A stretch of DNA of 64,000 nt from Wenzhouxiangellaceae bacterium (GTDB lineage Bacteria > Pseudomonadota > Gammaproteobacteria > Xanthomonadales > Wenzhouxiangellaceae). Each line of letters starts with the position of its first letter. Within the stretch, counting starts at the first letter, position 1. Below are positions 1 through 8,701 of the stretch, one piece after another. The notes beneath the pieces are model-generated. The model had not been told where the DNA came from, searched no databases, and saw only the letters and a list, made by a program, of their open reading frames with translations. A program made the translations under genes and the position numbers. Where the stretch lies: contig CBDDGP010000003.1 in assembly GCA_965227925.1 (NCBI GenBank), positions 869,472-933,471 on the forward strand, in the 5' to 3' direction.

Positions 1-240
1 GCCGAACACGAAGCCTCCGTTCCGACCCGACGCGCCTTCCCCGGGCTGGCCGGCCTCCAGCACGACGACATCGCGGTGACCTCGTTCGAGCAGACTGTAG
101 GCGGTGCTCAGACCCGCCAGGCCGGCGCCGATCACCGCGATGTCGACCGTCCGATCGGACTCGATCCGGGAGAATCGGCGAGGCTCGATCCGGTCCTGGT
201 ACCAGGTCGGCGCGTGGAATCGGGGCCACTCCATGGCCAT
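1..240 (-). CDS. FAD-dependent oxidoreductase (DadA/DAO-like), N-terminal part only; gene continues past the window start
   Basis: Hand reverse-translation from ATG at 240 gives MAMEWPRFHAPTWYQDRIEPRRFSRIESDRTVDIAVIGAGLAGLSTAYSLLERGHRDVVVLEAGQPGEGASGRNGGFVFG. It contains the Rossmann GxGxxG FAD-binding fingerprint followed by the acidic residue at the end of beta-2. Confidence 0.7.
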   Translation of the reverse strand, partial: MAMEWPRFHAPTWYQDRIEPRRFSRIESDRTVDIAVIGAGLAGLSTAYSLLERGHRDVVVLEAGQPGEGASGRNGGFVFG

Positions 241-388
241 GGCAAGGTCCTCGGTCAGGGCTGCTAGACTTGCCGCCCAGAATACGCGACCGATCGGGCA
301 CGGACTCCACCAAGGTCCGCCGCGTGCTCATGCGAGCGGGAGCCGTGGAACGACAGGTCGCAGGCCGCCTCGAAACGGAGATGCAGGA

Positions 389-1189
389 ATGGGCAAATCC
401 AGCAAGTACGAAGCCAAGATTCCCGACGACAACGGGATCATCCACTACACGGACGACGAGCACGCGATCTGGGCGGAACTCTACGACCGGCAGATCGACA
501 TCATCCAGAACCGCGTCTGCGACCAGTTCTTCAACGGGCTGAAGACGCTGGACCTCCCTTCGGACCGGATTCCCCAGCCGCGGGACGTGTCCGAGGTGCT
601 GCGCGAGCGGACCGGCTGGGAAGTCGCGCCGGTGCCCGCGCTGATCAATTTCGACCGGTTCTTCAAGCTGCTGTCGGAGAAGAAGTTCCCCGCCGCTTCC
701 TTCATTCGCACGCGCGAGGAAATGGAGTACCTGCAGGAACCGGACATCTTCCACGAGATCTTCGGCCACACGGCGATGCTGACCGACGAGGCCTTCGCCA
801 ACTTCACCCATGCCTACGGCAAGGCCGGTGTGCAGGCCAGCAAGGAAGAGCGGGTCTTCCTCGCCCGCCTGTACTGGTTCACGGTCGAATTCGGCCTGCT
901 GGGCACGGACGCCGGAACGCGCATCTACGGCGGCGGGATCGCGTCGTCGCCCGGCGAAACGGTCTACTCGCTGGAAAGCGACGAGCCGATCCGCCGGCCC
1001 TTCGACCCGATCGACGCGCTGCGTACGCCGTACCGGATCGACATCTTCCAGACCGTCTACTACGTTCTCGATTCGATGGACGACCTGTTCGAGCTGGCCG
1101 AAATGGACCTGCTCAAGCTGATCCGCAAGGCCCGCGCCCTGGGCCAGTTCGCACCCACTTTCCCGCCCAAACAGAAGGACGCTGCCTGA
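389..1189 (+). CDS. phhA: phenylalanine 4-hydroxylase
   Basis: In-frame ATG at 389 within ORF 104..1189. MGKSSKYEAKIPDDNGIIHYTDDEHAIWAELYDRQ...PDIFHEIFGHTAML carries the iron-binding HxxxxH motif of aromatic amino acid hydroxylases. It is followed directly by phhB. Confidence 0.92.
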   Translation: MGKSSKYEAKIPDDNGIIHYTDDEHAIWAELYDRQIDIIQNRVCDQFFNGLKTLDLPSDRIPQPRDVSEVLRERTGWEVAPVPALINFDRFFKLLSEKKFPAASFIRTREEMEYLQEPDIFHEIFGHTAMLTDEAFANFTHAYGKAGVQASKEERVFLARLYWFTVEFGLLGTDAGTRIYGGGIASSPGETVYSLESDEPIRRPFDPIDALRTPYRIDIFQTVYYVLDSMDDLFELAEMDLLKLIRKARALGQFAPTFPPKQKDAA

Positions 1190-1191
1190 CC

Positions 1192-1530
1192 ATGAGTGAC
1201 GATCTCCAGGAAAAGAAATGCACGCCGTGCGAAGGCGGCACCCAGCCGCTGGACCGGGAACGGATCGACAAGCTGCTTCCCCAGGTTCCGGGATGGGAGG
1301 TCGGCGAGGACGGCAAGCGGATCGTCCGCCGCTTCGAGTTCAAGGGCTTCTACAAGACCATGGCCTTCATCAATGCGATGGCGTGGGTCGCCAACCGCGA
1401 AGCGCACCACCCGGATTTCGAGGCCGGCTACAACTTCTGTCGCGTGACCTTCCAGACCCATGCGATCGACGGCCTCAGCGAAAACGACTTCATCTGCGCG
1501 GCCAAGCTCAACGCCCTGCTGGATGACTGA
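1192..1530 (+). CDS. phhB: pterin-4-alpha-carbinolamine dehydratase
   Basis: 112-aa ORF starting 2 nt after the phhA stop. ...FKGFYKTMAFINAMAWVANREAHHPDFEAGYNFCRVTFQTHAIDGLSENDF is typical of the PCD/DCoH family. Confidence 0.92.
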   Translation: MSDDLQEKKCTPCEGGTQPLDRERIDKLLPQVPGWEVGEDGKRIVRRFEFKGFYKTMAFINAMAWVANREAHHPDFEAGYNFCRVTFQTHAIDGLSENDFICAAKLNALLDD

Positions 1531-2482
1531 CCCGGCCGAGCGCATCGACCTCGCGGCCGCCGACGCCTCGGCGGCCGCCCGTCTCGAGCAGGCGGTCGAT
1601 GCGGTCAACGGCGTGGTCCTCGGCAAGCCCGAGGCCGTCCGCCTGGCCTTTTCGGCCCTGCTGGCCGGCGGCCACCTCCTGATCGAAGACCTTCCCGGCG
1701 TCGGCAAGACCACGCTGGCGCAGGCGATGGCGATCGTCACCGGTGGAACGTGGCAGCGGATCCAGTTCACCAGCGACCTGCTGCCGGCCGACATCCTCGG
1801 CGTCTCGATCTGGCGCCGGACCGAGGAGGCCTTCGAATTCCGGCCCGGTCCCGTGTTCGCCAACGTGGTCCTGGCCGACGAGATCAATCGAGCAACGCCG
1901 CGCACCCAGAGCGCCCTGCTCGAAGCGATGGCCGAACGCCAGGTCAGCGTCGACGGCCGGACCCACCCGCTGCCACGACCCTTCTTCGTGATCGCGACCC
2001 AGAATCCGCTCGACCTGGTCGGCACCTATCCGCTGCCGGATTCGCAGCTCGACCGGTTCCTTCTCCGGATCGGCCTGGGGTATCCAGAACCCGACGAGGA
2101 ACGCCGATTGCTCCGGGAACCCGACCGGCGCGACCTGCTCGAGGCCCTGCCGACCTGCCTCGACGACAACGACGTTCGCCGGCTGATGGACCGCGCCCGC
2201 GACCTGCACCTGTCGGACCCGGTCGTCGATTACCTCCAGGCGCTGATCCTGGCGACCCGCGAACACCCGTCCCTGCGCGCCGGGCTGTCGCCGCGAGCGA
2301 CCCTGGCCCTGGCCGCCACGGCGCGGGCGCACGCGCTCCTCGACGGCCGGGATCACGTCCTGCCCGATGACGTCAAGCGCGTGTTCCCGGCCCTGGCAAC
2401 GCACCGCGTTCAGGTTCGCGCCGACTCCGAGGCCCCGGCCGATGTCATCACCCGCATCCTCGAGCGTACGCCGGTTCCCTGA
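1523..2482 (+). CDS. MoxR-family AAA+ ATPase
   Basis: ATG at 1523 overlaps the phhB stop. Walker A is EDLPGVGKTTLA and Walker B is VLADEINRA. The C-terminal half is MoxR-like. Confidence 0.9.
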   Translation: MTDPAERIDLAAADASAAARLEQAVDAVNGVVLGKPEAVRLAFSALLAGGHLLIEDLPGVGKTTLAQAMAIVTGGTWQRIQFTSDLLPADILGVSIWRRTEEAFEFRPGPVFANVVLADEINRATPRTQSALLEAMAERQVSVDGRTHPLPRPFFVIATQNPLDLVGTYPLPDSQLDRFLLRIGLGYPEPDEERRLLREPDRRDLLEALPTCLDDNDVRRLMDRARDLHLSDPVVDYLQALILATREHPSLRAGLSPRATLALAATARAHALLDGRDHVLPDDVKRVFPALATHRVQVRADSEAPADVITRILERTPVP

Positions 2483-3431
2483 GGCCGTCCGCCGCCGCTT
2501 CGCGCGCTGGCTGGACGGCGCACTGCGCCGGCGCGGACCGATCGAACCGCCGCTGACCCTGCGCTACCGACAGGTCTTCATCCTGCCGACCGCGTTCGGC
2601 TGGATGATTGCCCTGCTCCTGCACGGCATGCTGCTCGGCAGCCTGAACTTCAACAACAGCATGGGGCTCTTGACCACCTTTCTGCTGGCCTGTCTCGGGC
2701 TGCTGTCGATGCACCTGGCGTTCCGCAACCTGGAACGCGTTCGGGTCGAGGCCGTCCACACCCGGCCCGTGTTCGCCGGCCAGGCGGCCGTCGTTCACGT
2801 CGAGTTGAGCGATACCGCCGATCGTGCGCGGCTGGGCATCGTCTGCCGCCGTCCCGACGGCGCGGCGTCCAGCGGGGTCGATCTCGATGCGAGCGGATCC
2901 GCGCAGGCCGAACTGGAGCTCCCCACCGAGCGCCGCGGCCGGCTTCCCGTGGGTCGGCTGCGCATCCGGACCCGGCAACCGCTCGGCCTGTTCGAAGCCT
3001 GGTCCTGGGTCGAGAGTCGGGCCTCGATCCGCGTCTGGCCGCGACCCGCCGACCGACCGCCCCCGCCCCCGCGCAGCAGCGACGCCCGTCGTTCGACGAG
3101 CCCGGGCGATGAAAGCGACGAATTCCACGGGCTGCGCAACTGGCGCGAAGGCGATCCAGTACACCGGATCGCATGGAAGGCCAGTCAGCGCCATGATCAG
3201 CTGCTGGCGCGGCAGTTCACGCGTCCCGAGCGCGGCCGGATCGTGTTCCGGCTCGACCAGGCGGCGGCCGCGGATCTGGAAGGCCGGTTGTCGGTCCTGT
3301 GTCGATGGATCCTGGACGCCGAACGCGAAGACCTCGAGTACGGCCTCGATCTGGGTACCTGGCGTGCCGCTCCCGACCGCGGCGAAGCTCACCGGGACCG
3401 ATGCCTCGACGCGCTGGCCGACCACGAATGA
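2442..3431 (+). CDS. DUF58 domain protein (MoxR partner)
   Basis: Follows MoxR. Has two N-terminal TM helices and then the DEFHGLRNWREGDPVHRIAWKASQR motif characteristic of DUF58. The start is uncertain; ATG at 2442 was chosen from ORF 2367..3431. Confidence 0.8.
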   Translation: MSSPASSSVRRFPEAVRRRFARWLDGALRRRGPIEPPLTLRYRQVFILPTAFGWMIALLLHGMLLGSLNFNNSMGLLTTFLLACLGLLSMHLAFRNLERVRVEAVHTRPVFAGQAAVVHVELSDTADRARLGIVCRRPDGAASSGVDLDASGSAQAELELPTERRGRLPVGRLRIRTRQPLGLFEAWSWVESRASIRVWPRPADRPPPPPRSSDARRSTSPGDESDEFHGLRNWREGDPVHRIAWKASQRHDQLLARQFTRPERGRIVFRLDQAAAADLEGRLSVLCRWILDAEREDLEYGLDLGTWRAAPDRGEAHRDRCLDALADHE

Positions 3432-5407
3432 CGATCCGACTCGGCGCTTCGACCACCGGCTTCGTGCTGGCCGCGTTCCTGGTCGCGGCCGGCCCGCACC
3501 TGCTGGCGATGCCCGCCTGGCTCGGTGCGTTCGTCCTGATCGCGGCCGCCTGGCGGGGGGCGGCGGAGCTGCGTGGCTGGCGACCGCCCGGCCGCCTGGT
3601 CCGGATCGGTGTGACCTTCCTCGGGCTGGGCCTGGTCATCGCGGCGTACGGTACGCTCTGGGGTCGACGGGCGGCCACGGCGCTGCTGTGCGTGATGCTG
3701 GCGTCGAAGCTGCTGGAGATGTACCGCCTTCGCGACGGACGGATGGTTGCCGCGCTGTCGTTCTTCCTGGTCGCCACCCAGTTCCTGTTCAGCCAACGCC
3801 TGGATCTCGTGATCTGGCTGCTGGTCGCGTGCTGGCTCGCCACGGTCGCGCTGCTGCGCATCCAGCGCGACGAGGATGCGCCCCGCGCCGGTCCGGGACG
3901 GCCCCTCGGCGTTCCAGCGCGCGACATGGTCCGGGGCGCGACCGCGATGATCCTGCTGGCGCTGCCCTTCGCGCTGATCCTGTTCGTGTTGTTTCCGCGC
4001 CTGGCCTCGCCGTTGTGGGGGCTGCCCGAGGAGGCACTGGACGGCCGCACGGGGCTGTCCGACGAGATGTCCGTGGGCGAGATCGCCAGCCTGTTCGAGG
4101 ACGACAGCCCGGCATTCCGGGTCACATTCCAGGGCGAGCGTCCGCCGCGCTCGGAACTGTACTGGCGCGGTCCGGTGCTCTGGCGCTTCGATGGCCGCAC
4201 CTGGACCCGCGTGTTCTACGTCAACCAGGCACCCGAGCGCGTGCCGCAGGTCGGCCCCGGCGCGCTGCGCTACACGGTGCAGATCGAACCCACGGAACGG
4301 CACTGGCTGTTCGCGCTGGACTATCCGGCCCGATGGCCGGACAAGGTGCGGGTCTCGATGGCCTTCGAGATGCGGCGCGACGAACCGCTGACCGGCCTCA
4401 CGCCGTACAGCGTGATCAGCCAGACCGACTTCGTCGATTCGCCCACCCTGTTGCCGCTGTACCGCAACCTGGCGCTGGACCTGCCGGAGGGCAGCAACCC
4501 CCGAACGCGCCAGCGCGCACTCGAGCTCCGGGAACGGTTTCCCGACGACGACGCGGCGCTGATCGACGAGGTCCTGCGCTGGTTCAACGAGGGTCCGTTC
4601 TACTACAGCCTGGACACGGCGCCGCTCGGCCGCCACGGCGCCGACGAGTTCCTGTTCGATCTGCGCACCGGCTACTGCGAGTACTACGCATCGGCCTTCG
4701 CCGTGCTGATGCGCCACGCCGGCATTCCGACCCGGGACGTGACCGGCTACCAGGGCGGCTACTGGCAATCCTCCGACGAATATCTGCTGGTCAGGAACTC
4801 CGACGCGCACGCCTGGACCGAGGTGTGGCTGGAAGGTCGCGGCTGGACGCGGGTCGATCCCACCTCCGCGGTCTCGCCGGCACGCATCCTCGACGGCGCA
4901 CGAAGCGCGCTGCCCGGCGCGGGCGGCTGGTTGAACGCCGACTGGGCGTTCCAGCTGCGGAACCAGTACGACCGCCTGCAGAATCTCTGGAATCGCTGGG
5001 TTCTCGGCTTCGATGCCGAGCGCCAGGAATCGATGCTCCGAACCCTCGGCCTGCAGACGCTGGGCCTGGCCGGCCAGGCGGCCCTGATGGTCGCGGCGAT
5101 TCTCCTGCTTGCGCCGCTGGCCTGGTGGCTGCGCGGTCTGCTCGCCGGGTCCCGGCGCGACCGCGATCCTCTGCGCCTCGCGTGGCGGCGGGTCGAACGC
5201 CGCGTCGGTCGCAAGGGCGCGCCCCGGCGCACCGGCGAAACGGTACGCGAATGGACGCCTCGTGCCGCGCTCTCGATACGGAACCACGCCGAACTGGTCG
5301 ACCTGGCCGGTCGCTACCAGCGCCTGCGCTACGGTTCCGCCCCGGCCGAGAAGGCGACCGGGGACTTCATCGCGCAATGCCGTCGCTGGCGGCCGCGGTT
5401 CCGATAA
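3428..5407 (+). CDS. transglutaminase-like membrane protein (TgpA-like, DUF3488 plus transglutaminase core)
   Basis: The ATGA start/stop overlaps the DUF58 gene. N-terminal half is multi-TM. Cys-His-Asp core is GYCEYYASAF...HAWTEVW...WTRVDPT. Confidence 0.88.
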   Translation: MTIRLGASTTGFVLAAFLVAAGPHLLAMPAWLGAFVLIAAAWRGAAELRGWRPPGRLVRIGVTFLGLGLVIAAYGTLWGRRAATALLCVMLASKLLEMYRLRDGRMVAALSFFLVATQFLFSQRLDLVIWLLVACWLATVALLRIQRDEDAPRAGPGRPLGVPARDMVRGATAMILLALPFALILFVLFPRLASPLWGLPEEALDGRTGLSDEMSVGEIASLFEDDSPAFRVTFQGERPPRSELYWRGPVLWRFDGRTWTRVFYVNQAPERVPQVGPGALRYTVQIEPTERHWLFALDYPARWPDKVRVSMAFEMRRDEPLTGLTPYSVISQTDFVDSPTLLPLYRNLALDLPEGSNPRTRQRALELRERFPDDDAALIDEVLRWFNEGPFYYSLDTAPLGRHGADEFLFDLRTGYCEYYASAFAVLMRHAGIPTRDVTGYQGGYWQSSDEYLLVRNSDAHAWTEVWLEGRGWTRVDPTSAVSPARILDGARSALPGAGGWLNADWAFQLRNQYDRLQNLWNRWVLGFDAERQESMLRTLGLQTLGLAGQAALMVAAILLLAPLAWWLRGLLAGSRRDRDPLRLAWRRVERRVGRKGAPRRTGETVREWTPRAALSIRNHAELVDLAGRYQRLRYGSAPAEKATGDFIAQCRRWRPRFR

Positions 5408-5525
5408 GGAGCCTCGACGACGGTCGACTGCCGCTGCAGCCCCCGGCGACGCTTCGTCGATGAACCCTGCACGGTTTTTCTGTTCCAATGAAGGTGATTG
5501 GACCTTTACGCGAGGAGCACTCCCG

Positions 5526-6149
5526 ATGACCCGAACCGGCCCCGTACCCGCACTCGTCGTCCTGGCCGCGATGCTCGGCCTGGTCGGCTGCGCCAGCATC
5601 CCGGCACCGCTCGAGGGCGAGTTCGCCGAGCGTCCCAGCCCGTCGGAGACCACCCCGAGGCAGGTCGGCGAGACCTTCCGCTGGGGCGGAACGCTGGTCG
5701 AGACCCGGCCGGGCGAGTCGGCGACCTGCCTCGAACTGCTCGCTCGCGAGCTCGATCGAAGCCATCGACCGGTGCAGAGCGATCGTGCCCTGGGCCGCTT
5801 CCGCGCCTGCCACGACGGCTTTCTCGACCCCGAGATCTTCGCGCCGGGCCGCGAAGTCACGGTCATCGGTCGACTCGAGGGATTCGAGAGCGGCAGCGTC
5901 GGCGACTTCGCCTACCGCTTTCCGCAGCTGGACACCCGCTCGGTCTACCTCTGGCCCGAACGCGTCGAGCTCGACGACCGCTACTACCCGCCCTACTACG
6001 GTCCGATCTGGCGCTACCACGCCTGGCCCTACTGGCCGTACTCGGGCCCGTACTGGATCGGCCGGCGATCGCACTTCATCGGCTACCCGATTCGCGGCCA
6101 CCTGCGAGCGACGGTGCCGGCCCCATCGACCCCGCACGCCGAGAACTGA
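5526..6149 (+). CDS. Slp-family outer membrane lipoprotein
   Basis: MTRTGPVPALVVLAAMLGLVGCAS has a signal peptide with a lipobox. Slp-like core is FRWGGTLVE...REVTVIGRL. The C-terminal tail is rich in Tyr/Pro/Trp. Confidence 0.8.
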   Translation: MTRTGPVPALVVLAAMLGLVGCASIPAPLEGEFAERPSPSETTPRQVGETFRWGGTLVETRPGESATCLELLARELDRSHRPVQSDRALGRFRACHDGFLDPEIFAPGREVTVIGRLEGFESGSVGDFAYRFPQLDTRSVYLWPERVELDDRYYPPYYGPIWRYHAWPYWPYSGPYWIGRRSHFIGYPIRGHLRATVPAPSTPHAEN

Positions 6150-6185
6150 CCTGCGCCGGACCGATCGCTGCCTCCGTGCAGCAGG

Positions 6186-6205
6186 CACTGTATTTTGATA
6201 TAGTA
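6186..6205 (+). promoter_or_regulatory. putative LexA operator (SOS box) upstream of lexA
   Basis: CACTGTATTTTGATATAGTA matches the gammaproteobacterial consensus TACTGTATATATATACAGTA at 15/20 positions by hand alignment (CTGT-N8-ATAG). It ends 6 nt upstream of the lexA ATG. Confidence 0.55.
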
Positions 6206-6211
6206 CCGGCC

Positions 6212-6838
6212 ATGAAGCTTTCCCCTCGACAAGCCGAAATCCTCGCGTTCATCCGCGATTCGATCGATCAGGACGGTCTGCCGCCCACGCGCAGCGAGAT
6301 CAACGCCCATTTCGGCTTCAAGTCGCCGAACGCCGCGCAGTCGCACCTCAAGGCACTGGCCGCCAAGGGCGCGATCCGGCTGGATGCACGGACCGCTCGC
6401 GGCATCGTGCCCACCGTCGACGACGAGCCGGCGCCGCTGAACCCCGGAAGCCTGGCCGAGTTGCCGCTGATCGGCCGCGTCGCCGCCGGCGCGCCGCTGC
6501 TGGCCCTGGCCCACCAGGAACGCCGGGTTCCGGTCGACATCTCGCTGTTTCGACCCGCCCCCCACTACCTGCTGCGCGTCCAGGGCGACAGCATGAAGGA
6601 CGCCGGCATTCTCAACGGCGACCTGCTGGCCGTGCATCGCACCCAGTCCGCGCGCGACGGCCAGATCGTGGTTGCCCGGATCGACGATGAAGTGACCGTC
6701 AAGCGTTTCCATCGCGACGGCGCGAGGATCCGGCTGAAGGCGGAAAACGTTGCCTTCGACGACATCGTGGTCGCCGACGAGGGCCAGCGGGAATTCGTGA
6801 TCGAGGGCCTTGCCGTCGGCGTCCTGCGCCGACTCTGA
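6212..6838 (+). CDS. lexA: LexA repressor
   Basis: MKLSPRQAEILAFIRDSIDQDGLPPTRSEINAHFGFKSPNAAQSHLKALAAKGAI is the winged HTH. The cleavage region is VAAGAP and the S24 peptidase motif is GDSM...VTVKRF. Confidence 0.95.
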   Translation: MKLSPRQAEILAFIRDSIDQDGLPPTRSEINAHFGFKSPNAAQSHLKALAAKGAIRLDARTARGIVPTVDDEPAPLNPGSLAELPLIGRVAAGAPLLALAHQERRVPVDISLFRPAPHYLLRVQGDSMKDAGILNGDLLAVHRTQSARDGQIVVARIDDEVTVKRFHRDGARIRLKAENVAFDDIVVADEGQREFVIEGLAVGVLRRL

Positions 6839-6889
6839 CCTCATAGCGCGGCTGGCTCGCTGCCGGTCTCGACGATTCGCGGCAATCCG

Positions 6890-7006
6890 CTGCGATTGTC
6901 TGCTGCGATTGTCTGCTGCGATTGTCTGCTGCGATTGCCTGCTGCGATTGTTTCCTGCAATCGTCCACTGCAACCGTCTGCTGCAGTCGTCTGCTGCAGT
7001 CGGTTG
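6890..7006. repeat. nine tandem copies of a 13-bp unit (CTGCGATTGTCTG and decayed variants)
   Basis: Units are at 6890, 6903, 6916 (identical), 6929, 6942, 6955, 6968, 6981 and 6994, progressively diverged. They lie in the convergent spacer between lexA and the amidase gene. Confidence 0.9.
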
Positions 7007-7021
7007 AACGTTCGAATCCGA

Positions 7022-7795
7022 CTAGTCGATACGGAATCCGTCCCGGTCCGCCAGGAACGGAAGCCGGTCACGAATGCCTCGAACCGACGCCGGGTCGAGC
7101 ACGAAGCCGGAGACCTCCTCGGCCTCCCCCATTTCCAGGAGCGGCTCGCCGAGCGCGTCGAAGGCTCTCGAACTGCCCGGGTAGTCGACCCCCTTGCCAT
7201 CGGTGCCGCTCCGGTTGACCCCGATCACCACGGCCTGGTTCTCGATCGCGCGGGCCTTCAACAGCGTGCGCCACGCGTCGACGCGGGGCGATGGCCAGTT
7301 CGCCGGAAACAGCTGGACGTCGAAGGCGTCGTCGTTCCTGCACCAGACCGGAAACCGCAGGTCGTAGCAGATCTGGAGATCGAAGCGCCAGCCGCGCCAG
7401 CGAACGCGCACGCGGCGGTCGCCCGCGGCGTATCGATCCCCTTCGCCGCCGTAGCCGAACAGGTGGCGCTTGTCGTAGTGCGTCACCGCTCCGCCCGGTG
7501 TGACGAACAGCATGCGGTTGAAGCGCCGCCCGTCTTCGACCACGGCGACGCCGGCGGCAATGGCCGCTCGGCGCTTTCCGGATTCCTCGATCAGCCAGTC
7601 CAAGTCGGCCTTGCCCTGCTCGCGCTCGGCATCGGTGGACAGGTCGCCGAGAAAGCCCGTCGTACACGTTTCCGGCAGCACGTAGAGGTCGGCCGTTGCG
7701 ACGCGATCCATCAGCGTCGACAGGTGCTCGCGATTGGCGGCGCGATCGGCCCAGCGGGTGTCGGGCTGGATCAGTACCGTGTTCAGAGGTTCCAT
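7022..7795 (-). CDS. carbon-nitrogen hydrolase family amidase (YafV / omega-amidase-like)
   Basis: 257 aa. MEPLNTVLIQPDTRWADRAANREHL...LYVLPETCTTGF holds the catalytic Glu, and ICYDLRFP the catalytic Cys of the nitrilase superfamily. Confidence 0.85.
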   Translation of the reverse strand: MEPLNTVLIQPDTRWADRAANREHLSTLMDRVATADLYVLPETCTTGFLGDLSTDAEREQGKADLDWLIEESGKRRAAIAAGVAVVEDGRRFNRMLFVTPGGAVTHYDKRHLFGYGGEGDRYAAGDRRVRVRWRGWRFDLQICYDLRFPVWCRNDDAFDVQLFPANWPSPRVDAWRTLLKARAIENQAVVIGVNRSGTDGKGVDYPGSSRAFDALGEPLLEMGEAEEVSGFVLDPASVRGIRDRLPFLADRDGFRID

Positions 7796-7861
7796 GCGGC
7801 AAGCCTACACGGCCCGGACGGCTGCATGCCAGAATGTCGGATCGCTTCCGGGAGTCCACTG

Positions 7862-8587
7862 ATGATCTATCGCCGCATCGCGTTCGCGGTTTCGCTGCTC
7901 GCCCTCCTGCTTCTGCTCGCCGGCGGACCCGGCTATCGCTTCGGGCTCTGGGACCTGGGCTTCGGCCTGCTCGGCATACTGCGCTACGCGCTCTACCTCG
8001 GCGCGGCCGGTGCGGTGCTCGCGGTGATCGGCTTGCTGGTGCCGAAGATTCGACAACAGGGCGTCGGCCTGCTGATCGTCGCGCTGGTGCTCGGCGTGGC
8101 GGTGGCCCTGGTCCCCGTCGGCGTCCGCCAGACCGCCTCGAGCAAACCGTTCATCCACGACATCACCACCGACCTGGACGACCCGCCCGAGTTCGTCGCC
8201 ATTGCCCCTCTGCGCGCCGACGCGCCGAACCCGGCCGCGTACGGCGGCGACGAGGTGGCCGAGCAGCAGCGCCAGGGCTATCCGGACCTCGGGCCGGCTC
8301 GCTACGATACGTCGATGGCCGAGGTCTTCAACGCCGCGCTCGAGACCGTGGATTCGATGGGCTGGGAGCGCGTCGCCGCCGAGCGCGGGGCGGGCCGGAT
8401 CGAAGCCACCGACACGACGTTCTGGTACGGCTTCGAGGACGACGTCGTGGTCCGAATCCAGCGCGACAGCGGACGGACGCGCGTCGATGTCCGCTCCAAG
8501 TCCCGCGTCGGCGGCAGCGACCTCGGCAAGAATGCACAGCGAATCGAGGCGTTCCTGGCCGAGCTCGACGAACGGCTCGGCGACTGA
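7862..8587 (+). CDS. DUF1499 domain membrane protein
   Basis: ATG at 7862 within ORF 6896..8587. Three N-terminal TM helices are followed by the DUF1499-like tail ...FWYGFEDDVVVRIQ...RVDVRSKSRVGGSDLGKNAQRI. Confidence 0.7.
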   Translation: MIYRRIAFAVSLLALLLLLAGGPGYRFGLWDLGFGLLGILRYALYLGAAGAVLAVIGLLVPKIRQQGVGLLIVALVLGVAVALVPVGVRQTASSKPFIHDITTDLDDPPEFVAIAPLRADAPNPAAYGGDEVAEQQRQGYPDLGPARYDTSMAEVFNAALETVDSMGWERVAAERGAGRIEATDTTFWYGFEDDVVVRIQRDSGRTRVDVRSKSRVGGSDLGKNAQRIEAFLAELDERLGD

Positions 8588-8701
8588 CACACCGAGGCCA
8601 TCGTGGCGGCTGGACGTCGATCTGCAAGCCGCCGTCATCTCCGGGACCGGACCCGAGCCGTCGGGCACCGGCTCGACAACCCCGCTCTGGAGACCGCCCG
8701 A

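Noticed and set aside
1523-5407. MoxR / DUF58 / transglutaminase triad as a candidate novel system.
   Set aside because: This is a widespread and already recognised gene neighbourhood (MoxR AAA+ with a DUF58 partner and a TgpA-like protein). Nothing atypical was seen beyond the usual start/stop overlaps.
3389-5866. 825-aa minus-strand ORF antisense to the transglutaminase and Slp genes. Similar very long ORFs occur at 18086..20308(-), 50579..53497(+), 60453..62888(+), 42397..45450(+), 32232..34220(-) and 7805..9520(-).
   Set aside because: All lie opposite or out of frame to genes with strong family signatures. Their translations are Arg/Ala/Gly/Pro-rich low-complexity strings typical of stop-codon-poor shadow frames in high-GC DNA. 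None has a recognisable motif.
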